From NCBI RefSeq assembly GCF_009914755.1, contig NC_060936.1: a stretch of DNA of 64,000 bases; one strand, 5' to 3'. The notes below the pieces were generated by a model. The model saw only the letters and a program-made list of their open reading frames with translations. It was not told the DNA's origin and did no database searches. Position numbers and translations under genes: made by a program. The first letter of the stretch is position 1, and every line of letters starts with the position of its first letter. Shown in pieces: positions 25,135 through 40,686 of the stretch. This DNA is from the human T2T-CHM13v2.0 reference genome, Homo sapiens.

Positions 25135-25358
25135 CTGAAAGAAATAAAGAAAAGAAAGAGAGAAAAGAAAGAAAGAGAAAGAGAGACAAAGAGAAAGAAA
25201 GGAAGGAAGGAAAGGAAGGAAGACAAGAAAAGAAAAAGAGAGAAAGAGAAGAAGAGGGAGGGAAGGAAGGAGGGAGGAAGGGAGGGAGGGAGGAAGGGAG
25301 GGAGGGAAGGAGGGAGGGAGGAAGGAAGGAAGGAAGGAAGGGAAAGAGAGGGAACGGG
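25135..25358. repeat. Purine-rich GAAA/GGAA/GGGA low-complexity tract
   Basis: Read directly. Confidence 0.95.
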
Positions 25359-26051
25359 AGGCCAGGTGAGGCTTTTTTCTCCCTCTTTCAGGGGATCGTG
25401 AAAATTTTTATTTGTCATTTATTTTTGTTTACCTATTACTCTACTGTCTCTTTATACTTTAACATTGGATGAGATCGTCTAAGTGAACTAGTCCAGTGTC
25501 CCATCCGATGTTGAATGAATCTCTTCTGCCTTGTCTCACCAGTTTGCACACTCCTGAGCCAGGGAGCTTACACCCTTCTCAGGCAGTCCATTGCATCTTT
25601 GCTCGGCTTTCTCTCTCGGAGCTCTTGCTCCCTCGTGAACAGTACCAGGTGAATGCTTTTTATCAGCTGCAGGGCCACCATTGCAGATATAGGGGGCTAC
25701 CACCCACATGCAATTTAGTACTGTTGAATTACATGGTATATTCATGATGTCTTTCATGTAAATAGCACCCCTATGGTCGCAGCCATGCTCTGGTGAGGCT
25801 CAGAACACAGAATTTTTTCTAGAAGAACAATAGAGCAAGGAAGAGAACCATAGAGCAGCTTCCTCCCAGGACCACAGGGGAGGATGGGCCACACAGCTCC
25901 CAAGGTTGCCTCTGCCCACCGCACTTTTGCATCCTGGTGACTGTCTTACACAGCCAAAAGGCACTGTGCTGGCAGATCTGAGTTCAAGCCCTGGCTCTGC
26001 CTCTGTTTTGCCTTGTGACCTTAGAAAAGTCTAGTCCTTCATACCCTAAAC

Positions 26052-26268
26052 CAGGGGTTGACAAATCTTTTCTGCAGAGGTGCAGACAGTAAATATTTTG
26101 GGCTTTTCAGGCTATATAGTTTTTGTTGCAACCACTTAACTCTGCCATTGCAGTACAAAAGCAGCCTAAAGGAATGTGCATGACTGTCACCCAGAAAACA
26201 TCATTTACAAAAACAGGTGGCAGGCCAGATTAAGCTCACAGGCTGCATACTTTGACAGTCCTTGTCCT
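26052..26268 (+). mobile_element. MER58A-like remnant
   Basis: caggggttgacaaatc...cagtaaatattttgggc...aactctgccattg...aaaacaggtggcaggccagat. Confidence 0.7.
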
Positions 26269-28421
26269 AAGCTGTAAAAGAGAAATGACAATACCATCCC
26301 TGGCTATCTCATAAGACCATTATGATGATCAAATTAGTTTTCTTTGAAATCTATCAAGTGCTATACAAATGTCAGTTATTTTCTGTAAGTAATATTTTTT
26401 GTCAATCACAGTGCTAAATCCTTAACTTAGCAAAATGTGAACCGCAAAGACACTCTAGGAGAAAACTGAAATTTAGAGACAATATCAGTTAGGATGCTTA
26501 CAAGAGCACGTAATAGAAAACTAGCTTAAATAATACAGGATTTTATTAGTCCATGTGACTGCAAAGTTCAGAGGTGGGAGAGAATTCAAGGCATGTTTGA
26601 TCAAGGGCTCAAAACAAAACAAAACAAAACAAAACAACATTTCTTCCCATCTCTCACCCTGCCTTCCATGGCATTAGCCACATCCTATGGCTGGCTTCTC
26701 TTGTAGTCACAGCCTGGTTGCTATCCTTGAGCTAATGGCCAGAGAGAGAGAGAGATCTTCTCAGCATTCATAGCAGAAGTCTTGAGATTTATTCTGATTG
26801 GACTGGCTTAGATCACGTGCCCACCCGTGAGCCAAATCCTCTAGCTCTGTAAAGAAGGAATGTGCCAATTGGCTTAAGGCAGTCAAGGCCCACCCCTGGG
26901 AATGAGATCAGCTTGCCACATGGCACATGTGCAGCCTGGGGAAGAGTAGACACTGAGGTGAAAACCATGCTGTTTTTAGGGAAGGGGAGTATTGCAGGGG
27001 GTGGTAACAATAAATGTTCACCGCAGAGAACGAAGCCCCTGAGTTATGCCACCTTCCTTGTCCTAAGAAACTGCACAGAACTTTCTATCCCACTGTAAGC
27101 TGTCCAAGCTTTTCAAACTGACATTTCCTGTTTAAGAAAAGGCCAATTTGAGCTCACTGTCAAATACCTCAGTGTATTTAAAGTATATATGTACCTTCCT
27201 TTTACACAATCAATATGTTTTCCAAAAGTGCTTATGAATTAAAAATTTGTAACTCATATAATAAATATACTGGAAGACTCAGTATTTTTTTTAAATAGCA
27301 AAATTTCTGTAAAGCAAAGAATCTTATAGCAAAAGTAGTATTTCTTCCAAATTGTCCTAATCTATCTGTAGTAATGAGTTCTGTTTCTTACAATCATGTT
27401 TTAAATGCTTGGATATTGACAAATTTCCAGACAACCAATACTCCATGGATTTTAAAAGGTCTAAGTGGTTCTTGACAGGTGGCCTCTAGACCAGCAGCAT
27501 CAGAATCCCTTGGTGACTTGTTGGAAATGCATGTTCTCAGACCCCGTCACAGATGAGGGTGGGGGCCCAGCAAGCTCTGGTGTAACAAAGTTGCCAGGTG
27601 ATTCCGATGCAAGTTCAAGAACCACTCATTACACTAATGAAATAATACAGGAATAGGAATTGGAGAAGGTTATCTATCTAAAGCCCAGTCTTTTAACCCC
27701 TAAAATTCTTGAAATAATTTGTCCTTTTGTCCCTTTGAATGCTTCCTGTCTTATGTATACAAAGTATTTCTTTTTCAATAAATTGATCTCTCTTCAGTTT
27801 ATAGAATGAAGGGCAGGCTATCTGTAAGTGAGGATTGTACTTTTTTTTGACTTGCTGTATAGTTCTCCAATTTGTGAAATCATCAAATTAAGTGAAAATA
27901 ACATAAAAACTCCCTCAATGTTTTCATCCATGTTTAATGCCTCTAAACAAACTGAAACATTTTACCAGTTATCAGAGATTAACTCATTAAATATCTACTT
28001 TTAATTCCCTGAAAGTAAAGTATATTTGGGTCTTTTGCAGAAGAAAGAGCATATGAGAATACACCATGAATATTGTTTTGCTCTCAAGTTAGTAGTGTTG
28101 TTGGCAAGAAGAGAATCTTTGGGATTTCTTTGGCACTAGAAGTAGAGGAAGCCCATTTGGACAGATTATGTTCAATAGGAATGTTGTTAGAATTCACATA
28201 AGCAACCACAACTTTCATACTGAAAAGCTCATTTCCAATATGTTCTTTGAAGCTTAAATGTGACCATTTGTCTTGAGTATAACATTTAAACCTTGAGAGT
28301 GCTGATTTCTCCATTGTTTTGTAAAGTTACACCCAGGAGGTTTATGTTTAAAGTTCTTGCAAAAGGCATGTTGCAAAATTAAAAAACAGAAATTAATGTG
28401 TATATATTTTTTATTTCAAAG

Positions 28422-28517
28422 ATCTTTATGAATACACTAAGATATCTGCAAACTCATGAATATCTCCTAGATGTGGATTTATGGAGACTTTTTGCAAACC
28501 TGGAGGAGTTAACTCAG
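28422..28517 (+). CDS. PLEKHG7: PLEKHG7 coding exon, DH (IFMNTLRYLQTHEYLLDVDLWRLFANLEELTQ)
   Basis: tttcaaag acceptor; CAG|gtgagc; DH LFxNLEEL motif. Confidence 0.95.
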
Positions 28518-29059
28518 GTGAGCCAAGTAGGAAGATTCATGTTTTAACATTCACTAGAGGACCATGAAAATTCATGCTTGGTCTGTTCTTATGGCTTGTA
28601 TGCCATAATACATCTCCATATTCCATTCCCAGTCAGGACTTCAGGTTAATAAGAAAGAAGTTGAAATATCCATTATGCCTTTCCCATAAATTGTAGATAT
28701 TAGTTACCCTTTATTTGTCATTTTTCCATGGCTATTTTAAAAAGTAAACACATTCCTAAGATCTCCATCATCTTCATAAATGTTTATTTTCAAATGAATA
28801 TCCTCTTCTCGCATACATTATAAATAAATAATATTTTTCCTCTTAAAAGTAAAGGAAGAGAGATAACAAGAATTTATTTATAAGAAATACTTATAAGAAA
28901 ATATATATTGGAGAGTGGAGGAAATAAATCTTTGAATTTTTCTAGGAGATATATTTGAAATGGGAAACACCTGTAAGAATGATACTTGAAGTTCAACAAA
29001 TGTTTATTCCTTAACCCTGGGTGTGTGCCTATTTTTGTTTTCTTTCTCTCTGTCCCTAG

Positions 29060-29161
29060 ACAAGCCTTGGTTTTGTGAACAGTCTCTTTGGCATCATCAA
29101 GGACTATGTAGACGCTTCTGAGATTTCCTCATCACTGGATTTTATTTCCGTGCTCACAAAG
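29060..29161 (+). CDS. PLEKHG7: PLEKHG7 coding exon (TSLGFVNSLFGIIKDY...ISVLTK)
   Basis: ccctag acceptor; AAG|gtaaac; 102 nt phase 0/0. Confidence 0.93.
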
Positions 29162-30123
29162 GTAAACTCCTTCTGGGAGACCTCAGCTTCATGTAGTAAA
29201 ATCACCCACCTCCCAGGACAGTTGTTTATACCCTACTTGATTTTAATTCTCCCTGGGAAAGTTCTACCTCCACTCTCCTACAAAGGAACTGTCCCTTTCT
29301 CTGCCAGTCAACATTTTCAAAAATAACTTGCAGATTCTGTTTTCCCATTGCCACATCTCCTGTGTGGGTTTTATTAACACAGAAATCTGCATGCATAGAA
29401 AAGCCATTTCCAATTCTGTTTTTTAAGTGGCTTCAATTTAAAGCAACATTCACGGCAATAGTTTAGTGTTTGCTAATTACGTAATTCAGTTGTTTTAACG
29501 AAAGTACCAATTTCTCAGAAAGAAACAGAATAAACCTTCAAATCCATCAACACCCTTGATCATATTTCTGTGGGTGAAATGAGAAAAGAGGAAAACCTGT
29601 ACCCCGGGTTTGATCAATGTTATTTATTTCTTGAGTAGACATTTGGACATCCTCCCCTACTTTTCTTACTTTGAGGTTTTTAATCTAATTTTAATCTAAT
29701 TTCATTTAGCAAGATTTGAATTTTTACACTCCACTTTTTAAGAGAAAAAGATAGATTGAGATTTACTGAGAACCTCCCAAGTGCTATGTATGGAGCCAAT
29801 ACCCTGTACACAATAATATGAAAAATTAAACAAGCGCCTTGCTTTTAAGAAATTGTAAGTCTTGTAGGGGAGAAATTAATCCAATAATGACACTAATGAT
29901 TATATAATCAAAGTAAGATAAATGCTGGGGAAAAGGAGTAACATAAATATAATGAGTGTCCAACAAAGGAAACCTTGTAAGTTGGGATGCATAGTAGGGC
30001 AGTCACAGATAGGAAATGCTTCCTGGGGATATGATGCTTGAGAAGATACGTGAAGAAGGAAGAGTTTTAACAAGGCAAAAATAAGCTGCAAGATCCTTTA
30101 GTGAACATTGAAAATGGGCTTAA

Positions 30124-30428
<305 letters not shown>

Positions 30429-31118
30429 AAATTTAGTTTTTAGTAAATATTCTGGAGAAATGTCAGCTTCTCATCAAAACATGTAAGTATACTTAGAGGC
30501 CACTAAAGAATGGGGTATTATTAGGCTCTTTACTAAGGGTCTATAATAAACCCACATATGAATGCCCCACGCTATGCTACAGATGTGCAATGATGGGCTA
30601 TAAAAACTTCTCCTAAATGTAAAATGTTCTAATCAGCCAGGTGAGAGTCAGTTGTGCCACGGTAGCAAATGACCTCCAAATCTCAGTGGCTTGGTTCATG
30701 TCTCACTATGCTCTGCTTCCAAGTTGTCTTGACCCTGGGACCTCTGCTGATGAAATGGCCACTACCTGGAACATTACCATTTGGAGACCATGGCAAAGCA
30801 CTCACTGGCTCTTTGAGTTTCTGCCCGAAACAACACATGGCATGTCTGCTCACTTTTTATCAGTACATGGCCAAGCTTACCTTCAGTGGAGCAGCTACAT
30901 ATCATCCTCCCCAAGAAGAGCAAAGAGATAAACAGGAAACAGTATACCTGTGCCTCACAAGAAGCTCACCAGCTGGAAGATAGGGACGTCTTGTTATTCA
31001 CATGTGAGCCATCCAATGAGATAGAAACTGAGGCTTAGAGAGGTTACATAATTTAGCTAAGATCATATAGCCAATGGGTGATAGAACTGGATATCTAAGC
31101 CTGACCATTAATGACTCT

Positions 31119-31430
<312 letters not shown>

Positions 31431-32172
31431 CATTAATGACTCTTAATCTTGGCTTCTAACCAGTTACCTCCTAGTTCCAACATTTCTCAAGCATCTCAGT
31501 GTCCATGAGAAGACCCTCTCTTTACCTCCAAGTCCTTTTCAAGGCCCAGCTATCAATATTCCCCTCCAAAATAAACTCACATCATCTTTCAAATTACTTC
31601 TTGCTGAAGCCAAAACTTGACATTGCTCCCTATAGTGTTTTGTCTTCTAAGGTCCTATAACAAAATATTTTTCTAGGTTTCACCATCTCTGACTTTGTTA
31701 CTGTCACTTCTGCTAGTGGTTTTTCAGACTGGGTCTGCTTTCTCTACTCACGAGTAAGTGTGTTTTCCTTCTCCAATTTCACCACATTGGGATACGATTG
31801 GAAATTCCTTAATGCAGCCCATGAGTTATTATATTAATCAATAAACCTATCAATGGACACATAAGCTTAGCAACATGGTAGACACTATGGAATCCTGAAG
31901 AGAGTGCCTTCCAGTAACGAGCCAGAAGAATTGCTGAAGAGAAAAAGAATAACCATCATTCCCAAGAAAGACGCTTAATTGAGATGGTGGCATGTAGTTC
32001 AGTGTGCTCAGTTTACCCATTATATGTATGAATATATGTATATATAAATTAACAATTTGCCTTATTCTAAAAACAATTTTAGGTGGCTTACAAATGTGTA
32101 GTCATTATAGCAAGTTTAAGACATTAAATAAAAATAACGAAGAAAAGGGAAGACAAGCATTAGATTGAGTAA

Positions 32173-32536
<364 letters not shown>

Positions 32537-33047
32537 AAGATGTCCAAAATTTCTACATGTTTAGAAGCCAGCAAAATTAAATGCATGGAAATTTTTGAGA
32601 CATATCAGATGAAAAGTTAAGTGTCCTTACTTTAATCACTTACTATCAATACAAGCTTAACATTAACCAACAGGGTCACCCAAATCAAAGGCAGTATTTG
32701 TTACTGGGTGTCCTGGAGGGTGTGGCACCTGAAGAAAGCTTAAACAGAAGTAAAAGGGTGAATTAAATCAAGACAGCCTAAATAGAATTTTCTTTAAGTA
32801 TAGGGAGAAAAAGACTATTTATTCAGGTGTCAACTGTTTATTATGAGAGTACGATATTCTGTTAAAAGAATGTTTATGTGGAGATTACCTTTGTATTTCC
32901 ATGCAGTTGTGGCGCCTGCTTGATCATGGCGACTCCTCCACTTTTCCCTGTTCTAGTTAATGATAAAAGTGAGGAGAAACACTCTTTCAGGGCTCAATGC
33001 TCTCCTTAACTTGTGTTCATCCTCCTTCTGCTCTTCCTTTCTTGCAG

Positions 33048-33161
33048 TATTTCCGAGGGAGTCTCTGTCAGAGCCACCAGACCTACTGCCTGAACTATTC
33101 AGCTGCTATCTTTTATCTTGAGAGCCTGAGGCAGAGAGATGACTTTGGAATTTATTTAAAA
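33048..33161 (+). CDS. PLEKHG7: PLEKHG7 coding exon, DH (YFRGSLCQSHQTYCLNYSAAIFYLESLRQRDDFGIYLK)
   Basis: Long pyrimidine tract + gcag; AAA|gtaaag; DH YCxNY motif. Confidence 0.95.
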
Positions 33162-34289
33162 GTAAAGTATCATTTTCTTTTCTTTTGTATTTTTGCTGAT
33201 GCTTTTTGGGTGTCACATGTACTGGGAATGATTATATCTAAATTAAATGGGAAAGAAGAAAACAAAATGATCAATAATATGTTTTAACTACAAATCTGCT
33301 TTCCTCATAAATACATTGTCCACTGCACACTTAGGAATATTAAATGGTGCACATCTGGAAAGATTATATTATCTAATATCCCTCCTGAAATGTTGGCTGG
33401 GGCTTAAAAATGTTTTCTTGGTTCATTATGCTATTTGCGGTAGAAATTGGTACATTGTAAGGAGAAAACTATATAGTAAGAACCTGAGCTTTGTGACTTA
33501 GAAGTTTGGCTCTTGCAGGAGTTAGTTCCAGCATAGAAACTTGGGACATCATTTACACTGTATTCTACATGAATGCTGCCCCCTTGATTAGAGTATAAAG
33601 CACAATGTCAATGTTGCCTCTGGAGCTGTGCCAATATGGCAGCTCTGGGTCCCACAGCATTAAAAGAAGAATTTTCTGCCAGGGTCCTTCAGCATTTTCT
33701 AGTAGCCAAGCCTAAAACCTATCTCCCCTGACTTCTCTAATTCTGTTGGTCCCTGCTTTGATATTTCTTTAGTCTGAACTGAACCTTTTCAGTCCTGTGC
33801 CAGAGCCCTTTTGGATCATCCAGAGAAAATGGTCCAAGCCTTTCCAGAAAACCAGCTCTTCCCTGCAGCTGCGAGAAGCCCCTGCCAGAGCATGACCTCA
33901 GAGGCTTGGGAGGAAAGGCTCCCATGGTTCCCAATGACTCAGCTGTGAATCAGTGGGCTTCCGCCCCAGCCTTGATATGCCAGGAAGCCTGGGTGTGCCA
34001 AGGACGAGAAAAGGGGAATAATCTTAGGGAAGAGACTTGGCCATATTTTTGTAGCTTCAGCCCTTTAGTGTTTTTTTTGCTACTCAAACTGAAAGGTGAT
34101 AGCTCATTAGATTTCCAAATGCATGAATAATCATATTGCAAATGTTTCCCCTAGAAGCTGATGGATTACACTCTTAGCTAGGCCCCCAAACTGGGAGAAT
34201 CCAGGTTCCTTTCTCTCCCTTCCAAGCTGGGAAAGAGATTAATTTAACAAGGTCCAACTATTGTTTTCAAATAACTTTGGAAAATCCTA

Positions 34290-35757
34290 TATACATATAT
34301 TCAAAGCCAGATGATTTTTGACAAAGGCACCAAAAACATACATTGGAGAAACAACACTCTCTTGAGTAAATAGCATTAGGAAAACTGAATATCTCGATGC
34401 AGAAGAATGAAAGTAGACCCCTATCTCTCACCATATGTAAAAATCAAATAAAAATGAATTAAAGATTTAAGTGTAAGGCCTGAAACTATAAAACTGGTAG
34501 AAGAAAACATAAAAGAAGCACTTGAGGACATTGGTCTACACAAATATTTTAGGGCTAAGACTTCAAAAGCATAGGCAACAAAAACAAAAATAGACAAATA
34601 GTGCTATATTAAACTAAACGGCTCCTGCACAGCAGAAGAAACAACAGAGTAAAGAGGCAATCTGCAGAATGGGAGAAAATATTTGCAAACTATTCATTTG
34701 ACAGGGGACTAATACCTAGAATATACAAGGAACTTGAAGATCAAAAAAATAAATCCCATTACAAAGTGAGAAAAGAATCTGAGTTGACATTTCCCAAAAT
34801 GAAACATACAAATGGCCAACAGGTATATGAAAAAAAAAAAAATCTCAACATCACTAATCGTCAAGGAAATGCAAATCAAAACCACAATGAGATATCATCT
34901 TACCCCAGTTAAAATGACTACTAAGATATCATCTTACCCCAGTTAAAATGGCTGCTATTTAAAAAGATAAAATAAAATAAGAGATGCTGGCAAGGATATA
35001 GAGAAAAGGGAACTTTTGTACACTGTTGGCAGGTATGTAAATTAGTGCAGTTGTTATAGTAAACAAAATGGAGGTTTCTCAGAAAACTAAAAATAAAACT
35101 ACCATTATCCAGCAATCCCACCACTAGGTGTTTAGCCAAAAGAAATAAATCAGTGTATCAAAGGAATACCTGCTCCTCCCATGCTTATTGCAGCACTATT
35201 TACAGTAGCCAAAATATAGAATCAATCTAGTGTTCATCAACAGATGATTAGGTAAAGAAAATGTAACATATCTGTGCAGTAGACTATTATTCAGCCAGAA
35301 AAAAGAATGAAATCTTGTCACTTACAGATAAAACTAGAGGTCATTAAGTGAAATAAGCCAAGCACAGAAAGACAGATATTGCATGTTCTCACTTGTATGT
35401 GGGAGCTAAAAAAGTTAGTCTCATGGAGATAGAGAGTAGGATGATGGTTACCAGAGGCTGGGAAGAGGGGAGAAGGGGATGAAGAGAGGTCGGTTGATGG
35501 GTGCAAACATACAGTTATAGAAGGAGTAAGTTCTAGTGCATGATAACCCACTAGGGTGACTATAGTTAACAATAATTTATTGTGTGTTTCAAAATAACTA
35601 GAAGATTTGAAATGTTCTCAACATAAAGAAATGATGTTAATAATTATGGTTATGGCTATCCTAAATACCCTGATTTCATCATTACACATTGTACACATGT
35701 ATCAAAATATCATGTGTGCCCCATAAATATGTACAATTGTATATGAATAAAAATGTG
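34290..35757 (+). mobile_element. L1 ORF2 end/3' region (L1M-type, sense)
   Basis: gatttttgacaaaggcacca, ggaaatgcaaatcaaaaccacaatgagatatcatctt, aatgaaatcttgtca, catgttctcactt L1 motifs. Confidence 0.92.
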
Positions 35758-35811
35758 TGTGACATCCAGGGATATTTTGGGAAAGGTAGTAGAGGATAAG
35801 TGCTGTTATAA

Positions 35812-36122
<311 letters not shown>

Positions 36123-36556
36123 TGATGCTTTTATAACGCATAATACTTCACCAGACACTTTCTCAAACATCTCTTAATTCGGAACACAAACCTGTAAAGT
36201 TGATTACATTGTTCCTTTGTGTCCCTGAGGCTCAGAGAGGTTAGATGACATTTGCAAGGCCACATAGCCAATAGGTGGCAAAGAAAGAACCATAGCAAGA
36301 TTTTCAGGCAAAAAAATCCAGTGCTCTTCATATCAGAACTATTTCCAATTCCTTGGGGCTATGACCCATCACCATGGAACTATTAGCCTCATGAAACAAA
36401 GGTGAGAGGTCAGGGAGAGACTCGCAGATACCCAAGGTGACTAGTGTTTGAGCCCTTGCTATGGCCTAGACACTGTGCTACATGCTGGTCATCCATCCTC
36501 TTCTTGTCTACACACTAACTCTGCAGAATTTGATATTGTTCCCGTTTTTCAGGAGT

Positions 36557-37110
<554 letters not shown>

Positions 37111-37424
37111 TACTATTTTAGAAACAAAACGATGCAGAGGAAGAAACTGGGAACTTCGTACCAAGTCTCTTCGTGTGGCACAACTAACAATGGCTAAGAA
37201 CTCTAGCTGCCATGGACTGAGTGTTTGAGATGTGCCAGGCTCTGTTCTAAGCACTTTGTGAGAATTATCTCATTAAAACCTCTCACCAACCTAATGAGGT
37301 AGTTACTCTTGTTATCAACATTTTACTGATAATTTTTAGAAAGGGTAAGTAAATTTCCTGAGGTTCCAAGAATTCTGGTTGCCCCATCCTAATGCTGCAT
37401 CCCACTAAGACAAATTTATTAGGA

Positions 37425-37712
37425 TATTTTATTTTATTTTATTTTATTTTATTTTTTATTTTATTTTATTTTATTTCATTTATTTTATTTTATTTTATTT
37501 TATTTATTTTATTTTATATTTTATTTTATTTTATATTTTATTTTATTTTATATTTTATTTTATTTTATTATTTTATTTTATTATTTTATTTTATTTTATT
37601 TTATTTTATTATTTTATTTTATTATTTTGGAACAGGGTCTCACTCTGTCACCCAGGCTGGAATGCAGTGGCACCATCATGGCTCACTGCAGCCTCAACCT
37701 CCCTTGCTCAAG
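37425..37712 (-). repeat. Expanded (TTTTA)n tract (~200 bp) plus short Alu 3' fragment
   Basis: Read directly; followed by ggaacagggtctcactctgtcacccaggctgg. Confidence 0.9.
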
Positions 37713-38446
37713 CGACAGGACATATTTTCATCTGGGGCCCTTGAATCCTTTCACAGTTCCCCTAAGCATATTGGATACTTATTATAAAGCAAAAGTAGCC
37801 TCTATTGATCTAGACTTATCAATAAAAAGGCCTTTTATGTCCAATCTCTCTCAATGGAAGTGTTATTTGCCTTCCCTAACGGACCTGAAAAATGAAGTCA
37901 ATAGAGAGATGAAAGGAAAACTTACAGCTTTACTTTTATAATGTCAAGCCATTCTTTTTGTCTCTTCTGAAGTTTTCTGAAATACAAATGCTTCCAACAT
38001 CCCTGCCTGGATCCTTCTCTAAATTATTTACCACGGATGCTTCTTGCCAATTGTTACCTGGAGGAGTTTGGTGTTTTCACTTTGACCCTGAATACCAGTG
38101 CACGCTGGCAGCCACAGCTGTTCCCCACAGCAGGGCAATTTGGGGCAGTGGCCTGGGGCAGTGAGTTTTTTGGGAGGACAGGGGCCTAACTGCTGCTGAG
38201 AAATCAGTTACAAGAACTCCCAGCCACCCAAGAGGTCCAGGACCTGAAGGTAGCACTGGAACGCTGCTGCCCGTGAGTCAACATGGAAATCAGCCGCTAA
38301 AGCATAGCCCTGCTCCCCTCCACTCCCAGCCTTATCTTCATCTGTCGTGCTCACTTCTGTCTCCATCCCTGCCAACCTCAATGAGAACCACAGTCATTTG
38401 GAGGAGACCTTGGAGATCATCTAGCCAAGAGCCATCTAGCCACACT

Positions 38447-38831
38447 GGAGTCTGAGGTTGCAGTCAGCCATGATTGGACCACTGCACTTAGCCTGGGTGA
38501 CAAAGTCAGACCTACCCTGTCTCAATAAATAAATAAATAAATAAAAATAAAACAGTTGGAAAAATTCTAATCCCATTAATATACATCAAGATAAAGTACA
38601 TACATTCATAAAGCTTAGCCTCATGTGGTATGAAGGGTAAATTTATCCCACTGCATTTATAGGTCGATTTCAGGCAGCCCATAACACAACATAGGCTTAA
38701 GTTCTACAAGAATGTTGTTTACAACAGAGCATTGTAGAAGATTGAACATCGGGTTCAGACAGGTCTGAATTCAAATCCTACCTCTGCCCTAGAACAACCA
38801 TATCTTTCAGCACGTTGCCTAATTTGTCTAA
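38447..38831 (-). repeat. Inverted duplication, right (inserted) copy
   Basis: Reverse complement of 36557-36954; interrupts a MIR-like element. Confidence 0.95.
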
Positions 38832-38964
38832 GAAGAGAAATCGGAGGTCCAGAGAGAGAAGGTGGTCCTTGGAGCCTGGCTTCTGGAGCTCCATTCACCA
38901 TGCACTGTGAGCTCACTCTCATGGCCAGCCACCTGTACACAGGGGAGAGGAGAAGATTGAATTG

Positions 38965-39283
<319 letters not shown>

Positions 39284-39322
39284 TGATGAAGAGCCCAGGA
39301 TGTTTTCCAAAACATCCAGCTG

Positions 39323-39621
39323 AGCCAGGTACTATGGCTCACACCTGTAATCCCAGCACTTTGGGAGGTGTGCAGATTGCTGGAACCCAGGCGTTTGAGG
39401 CTAGCCTGGGCAACATAGTGATATCCAGTCTCTACAAAAAATTTAAAAATTAGCCAGGTGTGGTGGCCTGCACCTGTGGTGTCAGCTATGTGAAAGGCTG
39501 AGGTGGGAGGACTGCTTGAGACCAGGAGGTCAAGGCTGCAGTGAGCCATGATCATACCACTGCACTTCAGCCTGGGTGACAGGGCAAGATCCTGTTCCCC
39601 ATCCCCCTTAAAAAAAAAAAA
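39323..39621 (+). mobile_element. AluJ-like (sense)
   Basis: gccaggtactatggctcacacctgtaatcccagc...A tail. Confidence 0.93.
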
Positions 39622-40319
39622 CAGCTGATAGTGTGGGAGGAGAGTGAGACCCCACCTCACCCCACCAAGGACATGGTCAAGCTATGAAAGACAAATGCAA
39701 ATTGCTAGGCAAGAGGCTAGGAGATAAAAGGGGAGGGTTTGTTTAAGGGGGAAGAGAGAAAGAACTCTCTCTTTCCAAAGAAGAGAATAGAGCCAGCAAA
39801 ATAGTAGGGTCTCATGGGCTGTGTATTTGACCCCTCTTCACAACCCAAAATCTTCAGTAAAATAAATACGTATACTCACAAAACATGTCATGAGGGGGTT
39901 TACAGCAGAAACTAACATAGGAAACCAAGGGGATATGTTTGTTCCATGTTGTTCAGGGAAGAAACAGTATACATGGAAACAAGAGTCCAGGAGCCAGAGG
40001 AAGATGTTAGAATCTCAGTCCCATGAGTTGGTAAATATCTAGGGGAGGAGTTTAGACCTCCACAGGCCATTGGATTGGTGGGGGGTTGAGCTAATTGTAC
40101 CTAGATCTTCAAAATGCAAGGACTGACACGTGGGCTTGAAGACATCTCTGGGGATGCAGCAGGAGTCTCCTGCAGTGTGCCTGGCCCACCTGAGGATGGC
40201 CCTGAAGGGTCTGGGTCACAAGGCAAAGGATTTAACCTGGAGAATGAAAGGAGAATGGAAGGTGGAAATGAGGCAACAGCCTGCAGCAGGAGAAATATTT
40301 AGTGTAAAGGCAGGATCCC

Positions 40320-40686
40320 TGTTGTAGTCAATTCAGGCTGCTAGAACAACACACCATAGATTGGGTGGCTTATAATCAACAGGAGTTTGTTGCTCACAGT
40401 TCTGGAGGCTGAAAGTCTCCTGGTGCCAGCATGGTTAGGGGCCGGTGATGGCCCTTTTGTGGGTTGCAGACAGCTGTCTTCTCGCTGTAGCCTCACATGG
40501 TGAAAAGAGAGCTAGAGAGCTCTCCGGGACCCCTTTTATAGGGACACTAATCCCATTCAAGAGGGCTCCATGCTCATGGCCTAATCACCTCCCAACAGCC
40601 CCACTTCCTAATGCCGCTCCACTGAAGGTTAGGATTTTATTAGGTTGGTGCAAAAGTAATTGCAGTTTTTGGCGTTAAAAGTAATA
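40320..40686 (-). mobile_element. MaLR LTR (MLT1A/MST-like) followed by a partial MADE1 (40640-40686)
   Basis: ttgggtggcttataa...ctcacagttctggaggctg...cctaatcacctccca; then taggttggtgcaaaagtaattgc. Confidence 0.75.

Noticed and set aside
25101-25472. Lys/Arg/Glu-rich or Phe/Leu/Ser-rich ORFs (also 21744-22020, 37392-37787, 49168-49330)
   Set aside because: Translations of microsatellites; only the part of ORF 49168-49446 from 49334 to 49413 is a real exon.
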